Virus record (IMG/VR): IMGVR_UViG_3300036406_001149
Origin: a virus
DNA length: 64,000 bases
Strand: one strand, 5' to 3'
The notes under the pieces were generated by a model. It was not told the DNA's origin and did not search any database. It saw only the letters and a program-made list of their open reading frames with translations. Positions 1 to 10,402 of the stretch are shown here, one piece after another (the stretch's first letter is position 1; each line of letters begins with the position of its first letter). Position numbers and translations under genes: made by a program.

Positions 1-731
1 TATGTTTGTGTCTCATGTGAGTCTAATCGTGTCAAAATTTTTGATATGATTGGATTTCTAACAATATCAGACGATTGTAATTGTACAAAACCCAAACCGT
101 CAACTCCGTCCAATGCTTTCATCATGTTTAAAAATCCTCCCTGCATATTTCTATTCAAGTCAGATTGACCGATGTCTCCTGTTAAAACCATTTTGCTATC
201 AGTGCCAGTTCTTGTTAATAACATTTTTAATTGATCATAAGAGGCATTCTGACATTCGTCAGCAACAATAAAAGCATTATGGAAATTTCTACCTCTCATC
301 AAACCAAGAGGAACAACCTCTATTTTATTATTGAGTTTCAAACTGGTATACTGTTGCATAGTAATGAAGTGTTGAATCTCATCTAATAATGGTAGTAGAT
401 AAGGGTGTAATTTTTCTTCCGCTGTTCCTGGTAAAAACCCAATACGTTCTCCTGCTTCTAAAACTGGTCTGGTAACAATAATCTTTTTTACTTTTTCGTC
501 TAATAAATATTCTATAGCCATTCCCATCGCTATATGAGTTTTGCCAGTGCCTGCCAAACCCTGACAAAATGTAATAGTGTTTTCTGCAACAGTTCTAATA
601 TACGCCCTTTGGTTTTCTGTTCTTGGCCTTAAACGATTCCTATATACCACACTGCTTGTTTGAGGATCAATATTATTTGTAATATCAATAACTTTGGATT
701 TCTTTTTTAAGTTTTTATTATTTTTTCTCAA
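1..731 (-). CDS. phoH: PhoH-family ATPase (stop codon cut by window edge)
   Basis: Not in the ORF track. Manual translation from TTG at 731: LRPRTENQRAY..GLAGTGKTH (Walker A)..TRPVLEAGERIGFLPG..MRGRNF..IVADECQN..GDIGQSDL; frame runs to position 1. Confidence 0.95.
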   Translation of the reverse strand, partial: MRKNNKNLKKKSKVIDITNNIDPQTSSVVYRNRLRPRTENQRAYIRTVAENTITFCQGLAGTGKTHIAMGMAIEYLLDEKVKKIIVTRPVLEAGERIGFLPGTAEEKLHPYLLPLLDEIQHFITMQQYTSLKLNNKIEVVPLGLMRGRNFHNAFIVADECQNASYDQLKMLLTRTGTDSKMVLTGDIGQSDLNRNMQGGFLNMMKALDGVDGLGFVQLQSSDIVRNPIISKILTRLDSHETQT

Positions 732-756
732 ATTATACCCTTTTGCAAAATAGAGT

Positions 757-2952
757 TTAAATTAGACAGGCGCCGCCAGCGCAACTAATTTCCTCTATTC
801 CCAAAGTATTATCCTCTGTTTCCAGTAGTTGCGTATAATCAACCTTCTTGAAGCTATCGAATAAGTCGCAATAAATTTTCCAATTATATACATCTTTCAT
901 ACAATAAGTTAATCTTTTAACATCGCTATTAAAATATTTACCAGCAAAGTTTTTCATTTTAGTTATAAACTTTAGTCTATCTTCTGTGTCGTTTTCCTTA
1001 GCTTGATTCATAGTTACATAGTCACAAGCTGCCCACAAATTGTTGTCAAATACATTAAGAGCTAATTCTATTAAACCAGAGCACCATAAAGCAGCATCTC
1101 CGTATTCTTTGACTATTTCTCTACTAGTATACACTGTAGTGAACGGAGCCTGAATATAATCTTTGTCTCCACTCTGAGGAATCAAAGAGATCCCCGCAAA
1201 ATACCGACGATTATCATATATGTACTTAGTAACATCTATCCACTCATCTGGCTTAACTGTTACGGTATTGCTAACATTATGACTTAAATAGCTCTGGGTA
1301 CATAATGATCTATTTTTACCAGAATAGACCCAATTTTTTTGAGTGTCTTTTACTATTGACAACATTTCTACTGCTGGTAATTGATTCTTTAGTTTAGCTC
1401 CATCTGGTACCTCTATAGGGAATTTAACCACCTCATCAGTATTGTTGGCAGACCATGATGATTTCTCGCACGCCTGCGGGTTTACTTTTTTGAAGTGTTG
1501 GTATGGGGCCTCTAAAACATTCGCCTGTACGTGCCTTATATAGCGTTTAGCGTGATGTGGGTGTATGCCAGAGCTTGTTCCCAACATACTACTGCTCGTA
1601 CCCTCTGGTTTTAAACAGGTTACTCTAGCAGCTTGATTAATACCAATTTTTTTGGCTAATTCTTTATTAGTGTCTACTGCTATTTTGGCACCATTTTTAA
1701 GAACTTTTTCTGTTAACACGATATCATGCTTTTCCATGATCCCGGTTAATGAAACTCCAAGAAGTGCTTCTCTTTGGAAGATTTTTTGGCTAATTTCGCC
1801 TAAATACTCTAGATTTGTAAAACCAGCCTGTAATGTTCCTATAGTCGCAGCAGCTTTACATCTCTCATAAAAATCACTTTCATCAGTAACAGATGAGCAA
1901 TTAATAGTAGACAAATTACAGCCTTGCCAACCAGATCTACCTGTTTCTTCGTCTACGGGCCACATGCCTACTTCTACGCACGGATTAAAAGTCATTTCTG
2001 TTGAATCGCTCCAGATAAATCCCGGTTCTCCAAATTCTTTAACACTATCCATTAGAATTTGAAATTCATCAAATGTGGTTTCATCTTTTAATAGAAGTGC
2101 TGAGTTATTACTACGAGCCCTTTGTGGATTATCCATGTACCAATTTCCTGTTTTAGCCTTGGCCATCTCAACATCGTTATGACTGAATAGTGCTAAGGAA
2201 GCACTTCTTCTTACTCCTCCGCTTAATACAGCATCACTACTATGCATGATAATATCATAGGCATCTATTGGTCGGAGTTTTTTTTGTCCATTTGCTAGAC
2301 ATCTGTCTAGAAGTGTTCTTATTTTTTCTAAGCCGTTTTGAAGAGGTTCGAACCCTGGAGCCTTACCAACACCAGACGATAAAGAAGATCCTTTTTCTCT
2401 AATATTAGAATAATCAAATACTATATATTGGTCTTTATAGTCTTTAAACTTATCTTCTGATGGTTTTGTAAAATATGAACTAAGAAGAACCCCCAGAGCA
2501 TCAGCCCATCCTTCTATGCTATCTTCTATAACATACTTTTTACCAGTTTCTGATTTCGGTTCCTGTGACAATGAAGGTAGCTTTGCTATATGGTGTTTTT
2601 GAACACTAAACCCAGTACCAGAACCGCACAATAGTAGCCAAAAACATTCTTGAAAAAATCTAAGTCTGTCACAATAGGAACTGGTACAGTTGTAAATTTT
2701 TGCATGTCTTTTGAGGATAGGTTCCCCACCAAACTGTAAAGCTCTTTGAGAACCTAAAACTTTTTTCTTATGCATTATGTCGTAGGCCCAATCGATATCA
2801 GAACCTATGTTTAAAGAAGCATACTTTGTATGCATCATATTTCTAACTCTGTCTACAGCTTCTTTCCATGTTTCTCTGCGATTCTCTTTCTCTAACCATC
2901 TTGCATATTTACTAACGAAAGTATAATTCTGTAACTCTTGTAAAGCCGACAT
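757..2952 (-). CDS. nrdJ: Class II (adenosylcobalamin-dependent) ribonucleotide reductase, monomeric type
   Basis: YNCT, GGVRRSA, NPCVE, GCNLS, KPEGT motifs and C-terminal SCAGGAC redox pair. Likely start is MSALQE at 2952 (track start 3012). Confidence 0.93.
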   Translation of the reverse strand: MSALQELQNYTFVSKYARWLEKENRRETWKEAVDRVRNMMHTKYASLNIGSDIDWAYDIMHKKKVLGSQRALQFGGEPILKRHAKIYNCTSSYCDRLRFFQECFWLLLCGSGTGFSVQKHHIAKLPSLSQEPKSETGKKYVIEDSIEGWADALGVLLSSYFTKPSEDKFKDYKDQYIVFDYSNIREKGSSLSSGVGKAPGFEPLQNGLEKIRTLLDRCLANGQKKLRPIDAYDIIMHSSDAVLSGGVRRSASLALFSHNDVEMAKAKTGNWYMDNPQRARSNNSALLLKDETTFDEFQILMDSVKEFGEPGFIWSDSTEMTFNPCVEVGMWPVDEETGRSGWQGCNLSTINCSSVTDESDFYERCKAAATIGTLQAGFTNLEYLGEISQKIFQREALLGVSLTGIMEKHDIVLTEKVLKNGAKIAVDTNKELAKKIGINQAARVTCLKPEGTSSSMLGTSSGIHPHHAKRYIRHVQANVLEAPYQHFKKVNPQACEKSSWSANNTDEVVKFPIEVPDGAKLKNQLPAVEMLSIVKDTQKNWVYSGKNRSLCTQSYLSHNVSNTVTVKPDEWIDVTKYIYDNRRYFAGISLIPQSGDKDYIQAPFTTVYTSREIVKEYGDAALWCSGLIELALNVFDNNLWAACDYVTMNQAKENDTEDRLKFITKMKNFAGKYFNSDVKRLTYCMKDVYNWKIYCDLFDSFKKVDYTQLLETEDNTLGIEEISCAGGACLI

Positions 2953-3073
2953 AAGATCTCCTATTAATATGATTTGTCCGATAGAAACACAGAAAGAAAA
3001 AACCCTGTGCAATAATTAATCATAAAGTTTATTTACTATTATGTCTATAATGATATTTTTAATGATGATATCA

Positions 3074-3538
3074 TCATACACCACAGACACTAGACAACCA
3101 AGAAAGATCTGGTTGAATTTTATGAATTTTTATACCACTCATTTTTGAAAATGTATCAAATATTTTTTGTTGATGTTCGTCAAATAAATGTGTACCGTGA
3201 GTATCTGTCATAAATACTTCAGTCACTCCTTCTTGCCATAAAGCCATTATGCAATCATTGCAGGACTGTCCTGTGACATAAGCTATTCCCTTATCAGGTC
3301 TTACAACACAATTACTCAAAGCATTTCTTTCAGCATGAATCATCCATGGGTATTTTTCAGGACGGCTTTTAGGTAGATTGGTGTCGTCCAATCCTCTTGG
3401 ATAACCATTATATCCGACACCGAGAATTCTGTTGTTTTGATCTGTTATTATACATCCGTGTTGGGTATGTATGTCGTGGCTTCTTTGGGAAACAACTTTT
3501 GCAAGTCCTAAAAAATAATTTGCCCAGCTCGGTCTCAT
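3074..3538 (-). CDS. dCMP deaminase (ComEB-like)
   Basis: RPSWANYFLGLA start, GYNG, HAE and SCNDC zinc motifs; likely start MRPSW at 3538. Confidence 0.9.
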   Translation of the reverse strand: MRPSWANYFLGLAKVVSQRSHDIHTQHGCIITDQNNRILGVGYNGYPRGLDDTNLPKSRPEKYPWMIHAERNALSNCVVRPDKGIAYVTGQSCNDCIMALWQEGVTEVFMTDTHGTHLFDEHQQKIFDTFSKMSGIKIHKIQPDLSWLSSVCGV

Positions 3539-3677
3539 GTTTGTTCCGTTTAAGAATTTTATTTCCAAAATCTCATATTGATTTGGGACAGGTTGTTGAA
3601 TCTTCGATGTGTCCAGGTGATTCATTATACGTTTCTGTGTCGGAATAGCAACCGGATGTTCTAAAAATTCTTGTTTA

Positions 3678-4976
3678 TTATATTACATCTGTCAGAGGGT
3701 ATTCATAGTAATCTGGTTTGTCAGCAGAAGTAATTTGTATATTGTCGATGTATATAGATAATTCCCTTATGTCTGTTCCCATAGACAGTCGCTGGGGGAT
3801 AATGTAGTCTGAATCAATGATCATATTTATTGGTTCTAATATTTCTATAACCATATGCCCGTCTAGCAACAAGTTATTTGTGTCTATATTAGATCCATTA
3901 ATATTGATATTGATATATTGAATTTTATAAGGTTTTTTAAAACTGATTTTAGCTTTATTAATATTTCTAAAGTTAAGACAATTATTGCCAGATAACCAAA
4001 GGATACTATTATTATTGTCACTAGTATATTTATTAGAATTATAAATTATAGGTTTAGTATCAGAATAAGAAGTAGATCTATTATCAAAAAATCCCTTAAT
4101 ATCTTTTGATAAATCATAGTTTGACAAGAGTTTATTAGTAAATGAATAAAATCCTAAATTGTTTTGTTCAATATAATTTTGAGAATTTAATGTATTGATT
4201 AAGCCGTATCTGCTATGATAGTTTCTGTTATGAATCATTCCATGATATTGATGAGTTGCATGACAATTTTCTATGTATGCTGTTTTTTTGTAGTTGGTTG
4301 CAGAGATGAATTGTTTGCTTTTTTCTATATAATCTAATATTTGGACTTTGTGATCAGAAAAAACCCTATCAAAAATATTCATAGAAATATAGTGACTATC
4401 AATAAAAAAAGGTACTATATTTATAGTATCTCCTCCACCAACCAAACATTTATCAAATAAACCCCCAACATAGGATAAATAGTTTTTTCTATATGCTATA
4501 AATCCTCCAGGATTACCATCATTTATATGATTGTTTAAAGTTGAGAATTTTACAGTACTTTCATAATATCTATCCATACCTAAACCATCTGGTCCAATAT
4601 ATTTAATTGTTTCGAAACATTGAACCATAATATGATTTTTTAATAAATTACAAGTTTTATAGTGCCAATTATTATTATTTAAAATAATGTCACTATCTGC
4701 TACAACAATATATTCGTATAGTCTTGGTATTTCTTTCAGCAAAAAATTTATAGCAGATTCTTTATGCCACAGGGGACTATTGTTATGGATAGTAAAAATT
4801 GTACCAGTATTGGTATCGAGATTAGAGGTTGTATTCTCTGGTATTATCTCACAAATATATAAATGATTACCTAGACCACATCCATCAATAAAAGCAACAA
4901 ATTTATGAAAATTTTCAATAACTAATGGTGAATTTTGATGATTATAAATTGTAGTCAAAATTGCTAAATTATTCAT
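3678..4976 (-). CDS. GT-A fold glycosyltransferase-like protein with C-terminal extra domain
   Basis: LWHKESAIN, VADSD (DxD), GGGD motifs typical of viral GT2/GT7-like proteins. Confidence 0.6.
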   Translation of the reverse strand: MNNLAILTTIYNHQNSPLVIENFHKFVAFIDGCGLGNHLYICEIIPENTTSNLDTNTGTIFTIHNNSPLWHKESAINFLLKEIPRLYEYIVVADSDIILNNNNWHYKTCNLLKNHIMVQCFETIKYIGPDGLGMDRYYESTVKFSTLNNHINDGNPGGFIAYRKNYLSYVGGLFDKCLVGGGDTINIVPFFIDSHYISMNIFDRVFSDHKVQILDYIEKSKQFISATNYKKTAYIENCHATHQYHGMIHNRNYHSRYGLINTLNSQNYIEQNNLGFYSFTNKLLSNYDLSKDIKGFFDNRSTSYSDTKPIIYNSNKYTSDNNNSILWLSGNNCLNFRNINKAKISFKKPYKIQYINININGSNIDTNNLLLDGHMVIEILEPINMIIDSDYIIPQRLSMGTDIRELSIYIDNIQITSADKPDYYEYPLTDVI

Positions 4977-7116
4977 TAAATGTTTCTATCTTAAGATTAG
5001 TTTTATCTCTCATTAATTTTAAGAATTGTACCCTATTAATTTCTTGATATTTTTTCATTCCTTTTGTTATGTCTGTTCCGCTAGAAGATCCTTCGTCGTG
5101 AATAGCAACACATCTTGGTTCATATATGGTTTTTAATCCGTTAATATGTGCTCGATATTGCCACTCGCTATCTTCATAATACATTTTATCAAGCTGCTCG
5201 CTTAGTGGACCAAGTTTATCTATGGCGTCTCTTCTCATATATAATAAGCATCCAGAGCAATATCCAGTATAGTGTGGGATATTAAATTGAGGATCATCAG
5301 CATCTTGATGCCTTCCCTTATTTCTGCCAGTACCATCAGAATATAGCTCTGCCCCAGCTTCTGCTAGCTTACCATTTGGATATAATGTTTTTCCTCCAGC
5401 AGCAGCAATGTAGTCAGCACTATATGCACTAGAGTATAAATAATTTAACCAATAATTATCTAAAATTTCTATATCATCATTAATTAATAATATATCAGAA
5501 GATTGATATTTTGTATCATTAATAATTTTATTGTTTGGTATGATAAAATACTCATTGGTGTTATTTTTTATGTATATTATTTTATCTGTATTGAATTTAT
5601 TTTTTATGTATTCCGATTGGTCTTGAATCCCATTATCTGTAATAACTATATTATAATTTGAATATTTTGTTTTTTCTAATATGGTCTCAAGACATTTTTC
5701 TAATTTTTCTGGTTGATTGTAAGTTACTATACTAATAATTATATGTTTATCTTGTAATGAATGCTTAAGAATATTAGTTGCTGATGTTCTAGATACTATT
5801 TGTGATAAATGTTTTTGTGCCGATCTGCCCAGATTAACCTTTTCTTTTAGAGATAAAGAGAAGAAGTATTCTAGCTCTTCTATAAAACCTTCTTCTGAAT
5901 TTGTTATTAATGCATTTTGTCTATGGGCAAATTTTATTCCTTCATTTCCTATATCAGAAGTAAGTATAGGCACCCCACACATTCCAGCATCACAAATTTT
6001 CCCTTTAATACCTGCTCCCCAAAACAATGGAGCAATCATTAAACAAGATTTTTTATATAAATCATTAAGATTATCTACTTGTCCAAGATATTGTATTTCT
6101 GGAATATTCTGGATCTTTTGTTGAATTGATTCATCTAAATACGGACCAGCTATCAACAGGCAGGGTTTGTTTTTTAAAGAATGATATGTTTTAGTTTTCT
6201 GAAATTTTGTATAAATATTAATAGTCTTTTTAACCGCTTCGACATTTGGGCCGTGATTATAATTACCTATAAAAATTATGTGTTTTCCTAATTTAATATT
6301 TTTACTATCATGTATATTGCTTAGTATTTTAATATTGTATCCGTAACCTAGTTCTTTTTGAATATGTTTTTTATCGTCCTCTGTTATGGCGAATATTGTG
6401 TTAGCTTTTGAGTATACATTTTTTTCTATATTTTTCCTATCTTCTATATTATTTTGGGTCATTAATAATTGCCCAGAATTTTTACCTCTTTGTTCTCTTA
6501 CCCAGTGAACATCCACGCTGTCTACTAAAATTTTAATACTAGGAAATAATGATTTAACAATATCTATGTACTGGTTTCCTATATCGTACCACGAAAAAAT
6601 TGCATTATCAAAAATTATTTTATTATCAGCTGCTTCTTGCAAGTACTTATTTAAGTATATTCCTTTGTGTATATTTGGTACAAAAACTGGTATATTTAAT
6701 TCTTTTACTATTTCTATATATTTGCGATTATTATAACCGTTACATAAAAACCATACGTTATATTCGAAATCAAGTTTTAAAATCTTCAGAATCTGTAACA
6801 ATCTATTACCTCCACTACTACAATCAAAATCGGGAGCCATAGGAGAAAAATACAATAAATTTTTACCATTATTCCAAAATTCAGGAACCTTTATGTTTAT
6901 TGTGTCTAGGTTTTCAATCATAATTTGTTTATAGTTTCTACCTTCGCCTATTCCGAACATCAGGTAGTGCTCTGTGGCCTTTTGACTGGTGTTTACCTCA
7001 CACTGAATAAGATCAGGATGCATTGATGTATAGATCATGGGGTCAAAATCTTCGGGAATGAGATGTTTGTTGTTTTCAACTAATTGTTTTGTATATTCAT
7101 TAGAGATCCATTTCAT
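4969..7116 (-). CDS. Two-domain glycosyltransferase (GT4-like + GT2) with N-terminal FD..Y...PDL...HY..G..EGR module
   Basis: GT-B part: DSVDVHWVRE, APLFWGAGIKGK. GT2 part: LLINDD, YCSGCLLYMR, YYEDSEW. Confidence 0.85.
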   Translation of the reverse strand: MKWISNEYTKQLVENNKHLIPEDFDPMIYTSMHPDLIQCEVNTSQKATEHYLMFGIGEGRNYKQIMIENLDTINIKVPEFWNNGKNLLYFSPMAPDFDCSSGGNRLLQILKILKLDFEYNVWFLCNGYNNRKYIEIVKELNIPVFVPNIHKGIYLNKYLQEAADNKIIFDNAIFSWYDIGNQYIDIVKSLFPSIKILVDSVDVHWVREQRGKNSGQLLMTQNNIEDRKNIEKNVYSKANTIFAITEDDKKHIQKELGYGYNIKILSNIHDSKNIKLGKHIIFIGNYNHGPNVEAVKKTINIYTKFQKTKTYHSLKNKPCLLIAGPYLDESIQQKIQNIPEIQYLGQVDNLNDLYKKSCLMIAPLFWGAGIKGKICDAGMCGVPILTSDIGNEGIKFAHRQNALITNSEEGFIEELEYFFSLSLKEKVNLGRSAQKHLSQIVSRTSATNILKHSLQDKHIIISIVTYNQPEKLEKCLETILEKTKYSNYNIVITDNGIQDQSEYIKNKFNTDKIIYIKNNTNEYFIIPNNKIINDTKYQSSDILLINDDIEILDNYWLNYLYSSAYSADYIAAAGGKTLYPNGKLAEAGAELYSDGTGRNKGRHQDADDPQFNIPHYTGYCSGCLLYMRRDAIDKLGPLSEQLDKMYYEDSEWQYRAHINGLKTIYEPRCVAIHDEGSSSGTDITKGMKKYQEINRVQFLKLMRDKTNLKIETFNE

Positions 7117-7786
7117 AATATTTTTCTAATAATTTAATTTCTAGTTTGATTGTGCTGTATATAATATTTTTTATTTTTGGGCTAATTTCAATTTCTATAA
7201 TATTATCAATAGTAGATCGATTTATGTGATAATTAGGTATATGCAATTCAAAAGGATTTGAAGAATTAAAAATTTCACATAGTTTTTGTTTTTCAACTTG
7301 AAAACAGAATTGATAATCATTAATTATTTTTTTTGCTTCTTTATATTTTTGTTCTAATGAAATATCTAAAAATTTACATTTAGTTAAGTAATCTATTGTT
7401 AAATTACCAAATTGTTCTAGGTAATTTATTAATACGTCTTCAGCTATATTATTAATGTGTATATTGTAAAAAAAATGAATATGACTAATTATTCTTGATA
7501 TTGGGTTTCTAAGAGTAAGTATTCTATAAGTATCTTCTATAGGTAATTTAAAACTATTCTCAATAAAAAAAGTTGGACTATGGTCTACGAAAAGAAGAGT
7601 GTCTGTATGGATAGCTTCTATTAGGTGGGGTTTTTCATATAAACAAATATTTGAATGTGTATGCTCTGATATATAAGCTGGAGCTTGTTGAAAGTAAACA
7701 TTATCTTTTATTCCGTCATATATACTTTTCTTTAAACTTGATCCACCACATCTTGGTATATGATTTAATACTAAATACTTGAACAT
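7100..7786 (-). CDS. Sulfotransferase family protein
   Basis: 5'-PSB-like HIPRCGGSSL and 3'-PB-like LRNPISRIIS motifs. Confidence 0.75.
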   Translation of the reverse strand: MFKYLVLNHIPRCGGSSLKKSIYDGIKDNVYFQQAPAYISEHTHSNICLYEKPHLIEAIHTDTLLFVDHSPTFFIENSFKLPIEDTYRILTLRNPISRIISHIHFFYNIHINNIAEDVLINYLEQFGNLTIDYLTKCKFLDISLEQKYKEAKKIINDYQFCFQVEKQKLCEIFNSSNPFELHIPNYHINRSTIDNIIEIEISPKIKNIIYSTIKLEIKLLEKYYEMDL

Positions 7787-7822
7787 AATGTATGGTGCTC
7801 TTCTAAATATGATAGTAAGTTT

Positions 7823-8647
7823 TTATATACGATATTCTATTTTATCAAAAAAAATATTTGGATCAAAATCCCAGAAATAATTTAGACTCTTATTTTGGTT
7901 TAATTCAAGAAGTTTAGTTCCAGACAAACAGTTTTCTTTTAATAAAGAATATAGTTCTTCATGAGTTAAGGGTTTATCAAACAATGAGCTTTGTCCCCTA
8001 TTATCACCATGAATATGGTTTGCACTCCATCCATATATTCCTATGTGACCATGCCGGTTGGTTTCTGGGGCTATTGTAGTCATATTATTTTTGACTAATA
8101 TATTTTTTAAATCTAAATCTAGGCCGTCAATCTCTTTTATAGAATCGTAATATGGCTTGACATATTTTATAAACTTAAACCTACTAATTAAACAGGATCG
8201 TATTGATGTTGCTGAACGAATTATTTTATTAGGATTTCCTTTTGGTTTTTCCCATGCTCCTATGTGGAAGTATAGTATATCATCTTTGTCTAGTGCTCTG
8301 TCTTGACATAATTGCTCACACAGCATTAAATAGTCTTTACTGATTAAAATGTCGTCTTCTATACTTATTACATAATCATAATCCGTATTATCAAAAGTAA
8401 ATTTTACAGAATCGTACCAGCTATATTTACCAGAGTTTCTTGGCCAATTGATACGAATATATTTGTCTGTTATGACTTTGTCGTAGTCTACTGAATATCC
8501 ATGTATTGGGTGGGGGTCAACAAAAACATAAGTCTGGAATTTATCAGAATTTTCTGAGTTGTTTTGATATTCAAGAGATAATTGCAGCATGGCTGATCTA
8601 TCATAATAAGTGGATCGAACTATTGCTATATTTTGTGTTTTTTTCAT
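7823..8647 (-). CDS. GT-A fold glycosyltransferase-like protein
   Basis: VISIEDDI motif and R..HIG.YG near the C-terminus; island context. Confidence 0.55.
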   Translation of the reverse strand: MKKTQNIAIVRSTYYDRSAMLQLSLEYQNNSENSDKFQTYVFVDPHPIHGYSVDYDKVITDKYIRINWPRNSGKYSWYDSVKFTFDNTDYDYVISIEDDILISKDYLMLCEQLCQDRALDKDDILYFHIGAWEKPKGNPNKIIRSATSIRSCLISRFKFIKYVKPYYDSIKEIDGLDLDLKNILVKNNMTTIAPETNRHGHIGIYGWSANHIHGDNRGQSSLFDKPLTHEELYSLLKENCLSGTKLLELNQNKSLNYFWDFDPNIFFDKIEYRI

Positions 8648-8687
8648 ATCGTTTCTAGCTGTGACTCAGTTTGTTTTGCATTAATAC

Positions 8688-9308
8688 TTAAGTAGTATAT
8701 GGGACTTGACTATACGTTTTATCTGTTCTCCAGTCAACATGAACAAGTCTTATTTTTTCAAATAAATTTATTGCCATAATACCAGACTGTTTAGCTAATT
8801 CTCTAAAATGATTTTCGCAATTCATTACTCCTAAATTCCAATCTTTATTGAATTCAATATTAGTATGTTTATAAATCCAAGCATCTTGACAAATCTCCGG
8901 ATTAATTTGTCTTGTGTTATTTGGGTTATAAGTACCTCCAGATGGAATTATATTGCCATCTTTTGTTAAGTCTTTTCTTGTTAATACATATAATCTATTT
9001 TCCCATTCATTTATTTGATCCAAAAAAGATAATGATTCATCAAAATAAACATCAGAATTAGATAGTATTTTTATATCTTCTGGATATTCTTTATCAGCAT
9101 AGTCCATCCACATTTTATAGGAAAGTCTTGTTTGTATTGGAACAACAATCAACTTTTCATTGAAAATGTTGTTGAACTCGCAATTATCAACAAATAGAAC
9201 TAGTTTGTCTATTCTTTCATTAGAAAGGTTTTGATATAAACAGTAAAGATTGTAAGTTAGAATTTCGGGTGTGGCTTTGAACCACTGGGTGAATAGTATT
9301 TTATTCAT
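8688..9308 (-). CDS. Conserved viral glycan-island protein (GT-like)
   Basis: ILSNSDVYFDESL and CQDAWIY motifs; ATG 9308 follows a GGAGG RBS. Confidence 0.5.
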   Translation of the reverse strand: MNKILFTQWFKATPEILTYNLYCLYQNLSNERIDKLVLFVDNCEFNNIFNEKLIVVPIQTRLSYKMWMDYADKEYPEDIKILSNSDVYFDESLSFLDQINEWENRLYVLTRKDLTKDGNIIPSGGTYNPNNTRQINPEICQDAWIYKHTNIEFNKDWNLGVMNCENHFRELAKQSGIMAINLFEKIRLVHVDWRTDKTYSQVPYTT

Positions 9309-9490
9309 TAAGTCCTCCACTAGTTTCCCTTATAATATCGTTCTGGGACAACTCTGTCCAGTATATTTCATAGGCTATAGTGTCTTCTAATGCTTCAAAC
9401 AAATGATATTCTTTTGGTTTTACTACGGACATTTCTTGATCAGATAATGTTGTTTCATCAATAAGGTCGTAGTCATTTTTCCAAACTTTT
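9304..9490 (-). pseudogene. C-terminal half of a phage cupin protein, no N-terminus
   Basis: Manual frame: IKVWKNDYDLIDETTLSDQEMSVVKPKEYHLFEALEDTIAYEIYWTELSQNDIIRETSGGLNE*. Contains cupin motif 2 only; upstream it is joined out of frame to the MKILSLNEIKNK stub. Confidence 0.65.
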
Positions 9491-9591
9491 ATTTTTAATT
9501 TCGTTTAGTGATAATATTTTCATGATAAAAGCTTTTTTATAATTTCAAAGACTTTCTGTGGACATTCTTCTGAAAATTCTTTCAGATTAGC
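9489..9591. repeat. Direct repeat copy A (partner 19807-19909)
   Basis: 58 nt exactly identical (9489-9546 = 19807-19864), then 45 nt with 9 mismatches by manual alignment. Confidence 0.95.
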
Positions 9592-10327
9592 GAGATCTTT
9601 TTTCATGCATGTTTTTTTCCAAAGATACAGACAAATCTTTTTCTTTGTAGTTTTCTGTCCTAAAGTAGTCGCCATGTGGGATATGAAAAATTGGTACAAA
9701 ATTTTTATCAAATTTAAGTCGTTGTCTATTTAATCCTAATTTCTCTAGTCTTGAGTATAAATCACAATCATCATAACCATAACCATGCTGATTTCCTTGG
9801 TATAATCCGGCATTAATTATGTGTTCTTTTTTTGCACACAAAAATCCATTTAAATATTTCAAGAACCCCAAGGAATTGTCCAACGATTCATCTCCCCAAT
9901 GCCCGGTAAAAAACTCAGATTCCAAATCAAAACTTAGCCAATCGCACAAATCAATATAAGGATTCAAGATGTAATCGACATCTAATTTTAGAATATTTTC
10001 ATAAGTACAATTTTCAATTCCAATATTATAAACTTTAGACTGATTAAAGTATTCTTCATCATGCGATCTTATAATTATGATTCGTTTATCTAAAGATTCA
10101 AAGTATTTTGAATTAAAATCAGAAGAAGAACAATCGACTATTACTATTTCTTTAATTTCTGGTTTCATTAGCCAAGAATTTATGGAAGTTTGTAAAACTC
10201 TGGACCTGTTTTTCAAACCAACCACAACAGATAAGTTTGAAATGGGAGCATATGACAATGGATTTTTTTTTGTTATTTCTAATTGATTAGCTCCTATGAT
10301 ACTTGGAACTTGGCTAAAAGTGCTCAT
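9587..10327 (-). CDS. Glycosyltransferase (GT2/GT7 C-terminal type)
   Basis: KNRSRVL, LKLDVDY (DxD), GYGYDDCDLYSRL motifs. Confidence 0.8.
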   Translation of the reverse strand: MSTFSQVPSIIGANQLEITKKNPLSYAPISNLSVVVGLKNRSRVLQTSINSWLMKPEIKEIVIVDCSSSDFNSKYFESLDKRIIIIRSHDEEYFNQSKVYNIGIENCTYENILKLDVDYILNPYIDLCDWLSFDLESEFFTGHWGDESLDNSLGFLKYLNGFLCAKKEHIINAGLYQGNQHGYGYDDCDLYSRLEKLGLNRQRLKFDKNFVPIFHIPHGDYFRTENYKEKDLSVSLEKNMHEKRSR

Positions 10328-10402
10328 TTTTTTCTCACCTTGTTAAGTAGTTTATTATCGAGTATAAATTACTATAGTTGTGTTCTAGAAGGTATTTTTT
10401 TG

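Noticed and set aside
379-567. 62-aa minus-strand ORF
   Set aside because: An alternative frame inside phoH.
757-2952. Intein or intron in nrdJ (also rIIA, ruvB)
   Set aside because: Motif spacing is continuous; no C/S..HN splice junctions or LAGLIDADG blocks.
2953-3073. Cobalamin riboswitch or NrdR box upstream of nrdJ
   Set aside because: No B12-box or conserved core is visible, the region is very AT-rich, and the palindrome does not fit the NrdR consensus.
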